A stretch of DNA of 64,000 nt, from the NCBI GenBank assembly GCA_016744855.1, contig JADGDO010000002.1:96374-160373 (forward strand). Direction: 5' to 3'. A program made the translations under genes and the position numbers. Positions 57,587 through 64,000 of the stretch are shown here, in pieces; position 1 is the first letter of the stretch, and every line of letters begins with the position of its first letter. Source of the stretch: Candidatus Fermentibacteraceae bacterium. GTDB lineage: Bacteria; Fermentibacterota; Fermentibacteria; Fermentibacterales; JCC-6. The notes beneath the pieces were generated by a model. It saw only the letters and a program-made list of their open reading frames with translations. It did no database searches and was not told the origin of the DNA.

Positions 57587-58201
57587 CTATCTGGAAAACT
57601 TGTCTCTTATCGCCTTTGGAACAGGTTGCTTTCTGTCCCAGGTCACGGGGATCCTTCCCTCTTCCATGTTAAGGATTTCGCGTCCTTCACGATGACCGAT
57701 TTCGAAAGCCTTCAAATTCATATCCAGAAATGCTGCAGGTACAGAAAGTCTGATAGCTTCAGCCCAAATTTCAAGTTTGAAGTATCGGCTGAGTGCAGCA
57801 AACATGCCCATTGCCATCAAGTTTGCTACTATTTTCTGCCCGAAAACTTCAATGCTGTCTCTGGTGAAAGGGTATTCGTATACCTTACCTTCTGGCAGCT
57901 GATCAACAAAGGTTGAATCAACAACGAAAAAGCCTCGCTCCTTAACCTTAGCACTGTATTTATCTGCACTTTCCTGATTCATGGCAAGAAGAATATCCAG
58001 TTTCCTGCAGTTGGGAAATAGAATCGGCTTATCGGAAATGATAATATCCGTTCTACTAGCTCCACCACGGGCCTCAGGTCCATAACTCTGTGTAAAGCAA
58101 ACTTCATTTTTGTTCAGAATTGCAGCCTGACCCAATATTCTCCCAGCGAGACCCAAACCCTGGCCTCCAGAACCGGCAAGTCTTATCTCAGAATACTTCA
58201 T
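57587..58201 (-). CDS. korC: 2-oxoacid:ferredoxin oxidoreductase gamma subunit
   Basis: GSGGQG, YGPEARGG. Confidence 0.9.
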   Translation of the reverse strand: MKYSEIRLAGSGGQGLGLAGRILGQAAILNKNEVCFTQSYGPEARGGASRTDIIISDKPILFPNCRKLDILLAMNQESADKYSAKVKERGFFVVDSTFVDQLPEGKVYEYPFTRDSIEVFGQKIVANLMAMGMFAALSRYFKLEIWAEAIRLSVPAAFLDMNLKAFEIGHREGREILNMEEGRIPVTWDRKQPVPKAIRDKFSR

Positions 58202-59034
58202 TTCTTTACCCCCGATGAAACCCTGTCACACAGATCCTGATATCTCTCTGTGTAACCTATTCCATCCTTGTCTACAAAAATACCCCTTACAATTTTGCCT
58301 TCAGTCTTCTCTTTCGGCAACTTGGATGCCTGAGCAACGTTGATGGTGTTGTCTTTGAAGAGCTCCATCATTTTCACTGCATCACCCTGTCTGTTTGCTC
58401 TGCCGAAGTTTGTTGGGCAAGGCGCCATTGCCTCTACAACTCTAAACCCGGGACCGGAAAGGGCATTCTTAATAAGACCATCAAGTTCCATAACATGATA
58501 TACATCCCCACGGGCAACATAGTTAGCTCCTGCTGCTTCCGTGAGCTTGCATATATCAAAGTCTGGTTCAATCATACCGTATGGAGTAGTAGCAGTTTTT
58601 GCACCCTGAGGTGTAGTAGGAGAGAACTGCCCACCGGTCATGCCGTAATTGTTGTTGTTAACAATAATGGCAGTTATGTCCATATTTCTTCTAGCAGCGT
58701 GAATGATGTGGTTACCTCCAATAGCCATGGAGTCACCATCACCCATTACTGCGAGTACTTTAAGATTCGGGTTGGCCATCTTTGCGCCAGTCCCGAAGGC
58801 GAGAGCCCTGCCGTGTGTTGTATGAAGCGTATTGAAGTCAACATACACGGGCATTCTACTTGTACATCCAATGCCGGAGACCATGAGAATATCGTCCAGC
58901 TCCCAGCCCAGTGAATCAATTGCGCGTATGATGGAACCCATAACAATTCCTATACCACAACCGGGGCACCACACGTGGGGGAATTTTTTCTTCGCTCTCA
59001 GATATTTGTAAGCGTATGGAAGACGGGCTGGCAT
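58198..59034 (-). CDS. korB: 2-oxoacid:ferredoxin oxidoreductase beta subunit
   Basis: WCPGCG, SGIGC, HGR, GDGD...NN TPP-binding motif. Confidence 0.93.
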   Translation of the reverse strand: MPARLPYAYKYLRAKKKFPHVWCPGCGIGIVMGSIIRAIDSLGWELDDILMVSGIGCTSRMPVYVDFNTLHTTHGRALAFGTGAKMANPNLKVLAVMGDGDSMAIGGNHIIHAARRNMDITAIIVNNNNYGMTGGQFSPTTPQGAKTATTPYGMIEPDFDICKLTEAAGANYVARGDVYHVMELDGLIKNALSGPGFRVVEAMAPCPTNFGRANRQGDAVKMMELFKDNTINVAQASKLPKEKTEGKIVRGIFVDKDGIGYTERYQDLCDRVSSGVKK

Positions 59035-60179
59035 TACATCACCTCCAGTACCGCAGCAACAAGCTGCTCCGGTGTAATCTCGTAACCGTCATACCTGTGA
59101 AGAGGAACAACCCTTACGCTATCTGATGTAAGACGCTCAACTTCATGTATCATCTGACCCTGATTCAATTCAGGGACCAGAATAACATCTTTTGTATCGA
59201 GCATTTCTTTTACAGTTCGATCAGGAAAAGGCCAGATTGTAACAGGCCGGAAAATACCGATCTTTTTGCGCTGTTTGGCAAGAATCTGCTGTGCCGCAAG
59301 AGCGCTTCTGTAGACTGAACCATAACAGAAAATTATGATTTTGCTTTCCTCGACATTGTGAATATCGTTGTGCTCGAGAACATCAAGACGTCGTGTAATT
59401 TTCTGCTTGAGTCTGTTCATTTTTGAGATGACTTCGTCTACTTTTCTAGTAGGGAAACCATGGGTATCATGAGTAAGTCCTGTAACGTGGAAACGATATC
59501 CCGATCCAAAATGCGCCATTGGAGATACTCCGGTGGCTGAGGAGTGGTAGTGTTCATACCACTCAAGAGGAACATCGGGAGAAGAAGGAGGAATAACACA
59601 AACTTCCTCTTCCTTAGGGAAAGTAAGCTTTTCACGCATGTGACCAATAACCTCATCGGGCATGAGTATCACTGGTGTGCGGAATTGTTCAGCAAGGTTA
59701 AAAGCTTTGATAGTAAGTTCAAAGCACTCTTTAACGTCTGAAGGTGCAAGAACTATTGCAGGATGATCTCCGTGAGTACCCCACCTGGCCTGCATAACAT
59801 CACCCTGAGCAACCTGAGTAGGAAGACCGGTTGAGGGGCCACCACGCATTACGTTAACAAGAACAAGCGGGACTTCGGTCATGCATGCATAGCCGAGTCC
59901 TTCCTGCATCAAACTGAATCCTGGACCACTTGTAGCAGTCATTGATCTGCCACCTGCAAGACTGCCGCCAATAATAGCGCTGATGCTTGCAATTTCGTCT
60001 TCCATCTGTATCCATTTTTTACCAATTATCGGCATTTCGCGAGCTAGAATCTCCGCTACCTCAGTAGACGGGGTAATGGGGTATCCGGCAAAGAAATCGA
60101 TTCCTGCAGCCAGAGCACCCAGAGCAACAGCTTCATTGCCCTGCACAAGTTTTGTCTCTCCCCAGGGAACGCCGCTCAT
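59034..60179 (-). CDS. korA: 2-oxoacid:ferredoxin oxidoreductase alpha subunit
   Basis: GYPITPS, EDE, TSGPG, RGGPSTG. Confidence 0.93.
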   Translation of the reverse strand: MSGVPWGETKLVQGNEAVALGALAAGIDFFAGYPITPSTEVAEILAREMPIIGKKWIQMEDEIASISAIIGGSLAGGRSMTATSGPGFSLMQEGLGYACMTEVPLVLVNVMRGGPSTGLPTQVAQGDVMQARWGTHGDHPAIVLAPSDVKECFELTIKAFNLAEQFRTPVILMPDEVIGHMREKLTFPKEEEVCVIPPSSPDVPLEWYEHYHSSATGVSPMAHFGSGYRFHVTGLTHDTHGFPTRKVDEVISKMNRLKQKITRRLDVLEHNDIHNVEESKIIIFCYGSVYRSALAAQQILAKQRKKIGIFRPVTIWPFPDRTVKEMLDTKDVILVPELNQGQMIHEVERLTSDSVRVVPLHRYDGYEITPEQLVAAVLEVM

Positions 60180-60466
60180 TTCTCACCACCACTCTTTTTT
60201 TTGCTTTCTTTAATAGTATCTCCGCTTACATACACAGCAAATTCAGGGCACCGCCTGGCACACAGAGCACATTCAATACACTTTTCAGGGTATATCACAT
60301 GAGCTTTCTGATCGTCACCCATTTCGAGAACCTGTTTGGGGCAAAATGCCACACAGATTCCACAACCCTTACACCATTCTGGGAAAATGTGTACAGCCGG
60401 TGTCTTTTTCTTCTTAGCACCACAATGTTCTTCTTTTGTCTGCCCCTTGATGGGTTTTTCAGACAT
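60176..60466 (-). CDS. korD: 2-oxoacid:ferredoxin oxidoreductase delta (2x4Fe-4S) subunit
   Basis: CKGCGIC...CP and CIECALC...CP; overlaps korA start. Confidence 0.88.
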   Translation of the reverse strand: MSEKPIKGQTKEEHCGAKKKKTPAVHIFPEWCKGCGICVAFCPKQVLEMGDDQKAHVIYPEKCIECALCARRCPEFAVYVSGDTIKESKKKSGGEK

Positions 60467-60490
60467 TGAACAATACCTCCTGATGATGCA

Positions 60491-60524
60491 AGAAAGGCAA
60501 GACCCCTATGGGACCTGCCTTTCT
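60491..60524 (-). terminator. Hairpin between cDPGS-like gene and korD
   Basis: Minus strand AGAAAGGCAGGTCCC-ATAG-GGGTCTTGCCTTTCT. Confidence 0.6.
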
Positions 60525-60556
60525 ATGCGACTATCGCTACATGCGAACTATTTCAA

Positions 60557-61882
60557 TTAACTGGTAAAAGGTTTGAGAACTTCAGCAATGTCGGGCTTGC
60601 CGATTTCCTGAAGGTCATAACTAACCTTTACTGTAGGCTTATTAATCTTAACAATCCTGGAAAGATCCATAGGTGTACCAATAACAACAGCATCGCAAGT
60701 GATGGCATTGATTGTTTCCTCAAGATCCTTGATCTGAGCATCACCGTAACCCATTGCTGGAAGAATTACTGTTTCTTCAACACCTGGGTAGTACTTGTCG
60801 AATGTACCCTTGATGGTACCGACAGCGTGAGGAACAGGATTTGCGAATTCAGCAGCGCCGTACTTCTCAGCTGCTACAAAACCGGCACCGTACTCCATCT
60901 CACCATGGGTGAGGGTAGGTCCGTCTTCAACAACGAGTACTTTTTTACCAAGAATGAGCTCAGGCTTGTCAACAGAGACAGGACTGGCACCATCAATGAT
61001 ACGAGCTGTTGGATTCACTTTGCGGATGTTCTTGCGAACTTCTTCAACATCCTCAGGGTAGGCACTGTCGATCTTGTTAATTACAACAACATCTGCGAGT
61101 CTGAGGTTTGTCTGACCTGGGTAGTAGCTAAGCTCATGGCCGGGTCTGTGAGGATCCACAACAGTGATGGTAAGGTCTGGTGCGTAGAAAGAAGTATCGT
61201 TGTTTCCGCCATCCCAGAGGATAACATCTGCTTCTTTTTCTGCTTCGCGAAGAATGGCTTCGTAATCTACACCTGAGTAAATAACATTACCGTTGATGAT
61301 GTGTGGCTCGTACTCTTCCATTTCCTCAATTGTGCACTCATGCTTTTTGAGGTCTTCGATAACAGCAAAACGCTGAACGCGCTGCTTTACAAGGTCACCG
61401 TATGGCATCGGGTGGCGAATTGAAACCACTTTTTTGCCTGCTTTTTTGAGTTCTTCAACAACACGACGGGTTGTCTGGCTCTTGCCACAACCTGTACGAA
61501 CTGCAGTAATAGCAATAACAGGCTTGGTGCTCTTGACCATGGTGCGCTCGGCACCGATCATTACAAAGTCAGCTCCTGCTGTGTTTACACGGCTGGCGAG
61601 AGCCATTACAGTGCTATCTGGAAGATCACTGTAAGACATGACGCAAAGCTCGATATTTTCACCATTGATGATGTTCTCGAGTTCGCTCTCGTCAAGAATC
61701 TTAATTCCTTCAGGATAGAATTCTCCAGCAAGCTCTGCAGGATACTTTCTTCCATCAATATCAGGAATCTGTGTCGCTGTGAAAGCAACTACCTCGTAAC
61801 TGTCGTCGTTACGATAGAGGGTGTTGAAGTTGTGGAAATCGCGCCCTGCGGCGCCTAAGATAAGGGTTCTCTTTCTGCTCAT
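60557..61882 (-). CDS. P-loop ligase of the cyclic-2,3-diphosphoglycerate-synthetase-like family, probably arginine synthetase (ArcE-type)
   Basis: Start ATG 61882 after GAAAGGA; GAAGRDFHNFN, AVRTGCGKSQ, RHPMPYG, WDGGNND, EDGPTLTHG, PAMGY. Confidence 0.75.
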   Translation of the reverse strand: MSRKRTLILGAAGRDFHNFNTLYRNDDSYEVVAFTATQIPDIDGRKYPAELAGEFYPEGIKILDESELENIINGENIELCVMSYSDLPDSTVMALASRVNTAGADFVMIGAERTMVKSTKPVIAITAVRTGCGKSQTTRRVVEELKKAGKKVVSIRHPMPYGDLVKQRVQRFAVIEDLKKHECTIEEMEEYEPHIINGNVIYSGVDYEAILREAEKEADVILWDGGNNDTSFYAPDLTITVVDPHRPGHELSYYPGQTNLRLADVVVINKIDSAYPEDVEEVRKNIRKVNPTARIIDGASPVSVDKPELILGKKVLVVEDGPTLTHGEMEYGAGFVAAEKYGAAEFANPVPHAVGTIKGTFDKYYPGVEETVILPAMGYGDAQIKDLEETINAITCDAVVIGTPMDLSRIVKINKPTVKVSYDLQEIGKPDIAEVLKPFTS

Positions 61883-61992
61883 ATTGAGTCGTCCTTTCCG
61901 CAAGTTAAGTAGCCTTGCGGAAGAGCAACAGCGAACCGTCAGGTTCGGCCTCTTCCACTTTAGTGGACCCCAGATGATCTGTCTGGTCGGCA
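61883..61992 (-). promoter_or_regulatory. Structured 5' leader, riboswitch-like
   Basis: Five short perfect stems, three of them mutually exclusive, the last abutting the RBS; TTGACA at 62019-62024 upstream. Confidence 0.55.
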
Positions 61993-62051
61993 TCAAATCT
62001 CACGCATTCAAACAGAATTGTCAAGAGTAACCGAAAGACAAGCTCAAAGCA

Positions 62052-62441
62052 TCAGCCTGAGCCGCCCCCCTCCAGTAGAATACAAAACCCTGTTCCTGCT
62101 ATAAAGCCGGTAAGTAATCGCATGATATTTGTACTTTCATACAACCCTATCAGCTGAAAAACGCCGTCGAGGGCCATTGGTACAATAAGAAATAATCCAA
62201 GCAATATCGAAGCAGGAAGTTTATTGAAAAACATAAGGATTGATGAGATAGAAACGCCTATCCAGAAAAATGTACATCTCGCACAAAGACCTGGGGCCCA
62301 TAGAAAAGATCTTTGGGGCAGTCGGTGGCACGTGACCCCAAGAAGAGGTCTCAGGAATGAGGGATTAACAAAGGCGCCGAAAACAAAAACGGCGCCTATT
62401 ACTGTGAGAATGGCAGAACCTATTTTTCTTGTATCAGCCAT
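62052..62441 (-). CDS. DUF2085 family membrane protein
   Basis: CHRLPQRSF, LCARC, PMALDG, STNIMRLLTG. Confidence 0.85.
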   Translation of the reverse strand: MADTRKIGSAILTVIGAVFVFGAFVNPSFLRPLLGVTCHRLPQRSFLWAPGLCARCTFFWIGVSISSILMFFNKLPASILLGLFLIVPMALDGVFQLIGLYESTNIMRLLTGFIAGTGFCILLEGGGSG

Positions 62442-63804
62442 CAGCCCATGTGTTTTCATCCCAATTGAAACGGTCTTTCACAGAAGCTTCACCCAGAATT
62501 TCAAGAGCCGCAATTTTACCCATCTCAATGGAGTGATCCATATTGTTGTAGCGGAAAAGCCCTTGTCTACCACAGGTTACACTGTCTGAAACATCTTCCA
62601 GCGCATCAAGAACTATGGAAGTATTTTCAGCGTACTTCAGATCATAGATAGGGTAAGCATGGGCTTTACGAACAAGCGAGGCTCCCAGAACCATTTCTTT
62701 TGTAAAGAGCCCCAGATGATCAGCACCTGGTATTGTCGAAGCAAGAAGCTCTTCTTCTGTCATGTTCCAGACTTCATCATTTTCCTGACAACTGTACTCA
62801 AAAACAACCTGAGAAGGCACAGCAGGATCAAAATTCTTTGAAATGGAAAGCCTGTTAAAAAGATAGCGATCCTCTGATGTGTAAATCCAGTGGTCACTTT
62901 GCTTTAGATCACATTCAACCAGCACAGTCAGAAAAACTAGAGCCCGGAATTTAAGATTGGATGCTGCAAGATGAACTTTTTGGGGAAGGATCTTACCTAG
63001 AAGCGTTGTATAATCATTAACGGGAATAGTATTTATTATCCTGTCACAAACAACGGACTGATCATTCAGCTCTATTTGCCAGCGGTTTTCCACTTTGCTC
63101 AATCTCAATGGTTCTGCAGAGAAAAGAATTGAGCCGCCGGCATCCGTAACCACAGAAGCCAGAGCACGACAGATCTCGCCAATACCCCGCCTGGGATAAT
63201 GGAATGTACTGATTAGACTTCTAACGGTTTCCTTTGATGGTGCAATTGTTTCCTTAATCAGACCTGCCAGACTTGGAACAGTGATTCTCTGGCTTGCCCA
63301 GTCTGCACTTAGCTCAACAGGCTTTATTCCCCACAGTTTCTCATTGTAAGGAGCAAGATAGAGCTCATACAATCCGCGGCCGAAACGACTGAGTACCCAG
63401 CCCTCAAAGCTTTCCTGCTCACGCGGAGCAAAAATGCTTCTGATTTTCTCCCAAATGAAACTCAGCATCATTCCGATTCCACGGTGCAAAGGCATAGTGG
63501 AAAGAACATTGCTGAAGGCGAGGGGATAATCAAAATATCTATCGAGAAGCCTTATCCTACTCACCCGGTTCAATTCAAGAAGCTCGATACCGGGAAGGTT
63601 CCTTACAAAGCTGAGAATCTCATCATTTGATGTGTGAAATCTGTGCGGTCCAAGATCAAACTTGAAACCGTTTTCACTTACCGTAGCTGCAAGGCCTCCG
63701 TGTGAAGGCTCTTTTTCCAGTACTACCACCTCGTGACCCCGCCGAACCAGCTCCTCAGCAGCGCTGAGGCCGGCCAGTCCGGCGCCTAATATCCCTACTT
63801 TCAA
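62434..63804 (-). CDS. FAD-dependent oxidoreductase (UDP-galactopyranose mutase/protoporphyrinogen oxidase-like)
   Basis: GAGLAGL, GGL, DLGPHRF, YNEKLWG, FHYP, AYP, GRQGLFRYNNMDHS. Confidence 0.85.
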   Translation of the reverse strand: MKVGILGAGLAGLSAAEELVRRGHEVVVLEKEPSHGGLAATVSENGFKFDLGPHRFHTSNDEILSFVRNLPGIELLELNRVSRIRLLDRYFDYPLAFSNVLSTMPLHRGIGMMLSFIWEKIRSIFAPREQESFEGWVLSRFGRGLYELYLAPYNEKLWGIKPVELSADWASQRITVPSLAGLIKETIAPSKETVRSLISTFHYPRRGIGEICRALASVVTDAGGSILFSAEPLRLSKVENRWQIELNDQSVVCDRIINTIPVNDYTTLLGKILPQKVHLAASNLKFRALVFLTVLVECDLKQSDHWIYTSEDRYLFNRLSISKNFDPAVPSQVVFEYSCQENDEVWNMTEEELLASTIPGADHLGLFTKEMVLGASLVRKAHAYPIYDLKYAENTSIVLDALEDVSDSVTCGRQGLFRYNNMDHSIEMGKIAALEILGEASVKDRFNWDENTWADG

Positions 63805-63808
63805 GTGA

Positions 63809-64000
63809 CTACCTTTCCTCTTCTATCCATATTACTCTTGTCACATTATTCGGCTCAATAGGAGAAATATTCCCTATGTGCTCTGTTACTGCTTCAAGCA
63901 GTGTTACTCCAGTAAATGTTGGATCATGCTCCAGCATAATTCCATATCCCACATTACCCTGAGCCAGATAGCCGGTAGTGGTTAATGTATAAACAGCATC
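63809..64000 (-). CDS. 3' end of a gene, resembling a 5'-nucleotidase C-terminal domain
   Basis: Open frame DAVYTLTTTGYLAQGNVGY...SPIEP...RVIWIEEER then TAG. Confidence 0.55.
   Translation of the reverse strand, partial: DAVYTLTTTGYLAQGNVGYGIMLEHDPTFTGVTLLEAVTEHIGNISPIEPNNVTRVIWIEEER

Noticed and set aside
61919-61956. Hairpin as SRP RNA or TPP riboswitch
   Set aside because: It lacks the SRP GGAAGGAAGCAGC domain and the TPP CTGAGA motif; kept instead as an unclassified leader.

Overview
Gene-dense, mostly housekeeping and metabolic region of an anaerobic Gram-negative bacterium. Type IX secretion (T9SS) signatures, a lipid A acyltransferase and many lipoproteins/beta-barrels point to the FCB superphylum, plausibly a Fermentibacterota-like lineage (inference). 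It encodes an SOS-type cassette (small ORF-dinB-DUF72), aldehyde:ferredoxin oxidoreductase, PPDK, PEP carboxykinase, a four-subunit 2-oxoacid:ferredoxin oxidoreductase, two PorU-like C25 peptidases flanking a sirtuin, and two paralogous barrel-OmpA proteins. I saw no rRNA, tRNA, CRISPR or mobile element. Top finding: two ORF-track fragments (18645-18941 and 17727-18269) form one continuous 404-codon gene (signal peptide, five FG-GAP repeats, T9SS C-terminal domain). It is broken only by an in-frame TGA, followed by Cys and a bacterial SECIS-like hairpin, so it is a candidate T9SS-exported selenoprotein. Second finding: a riboswitch-like leader with mutually exclusive hairpins at the RBS of an arginine-synthetase/cDPGS-like gene. 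All calls come from manual motif reading; no database search or folding program was run.
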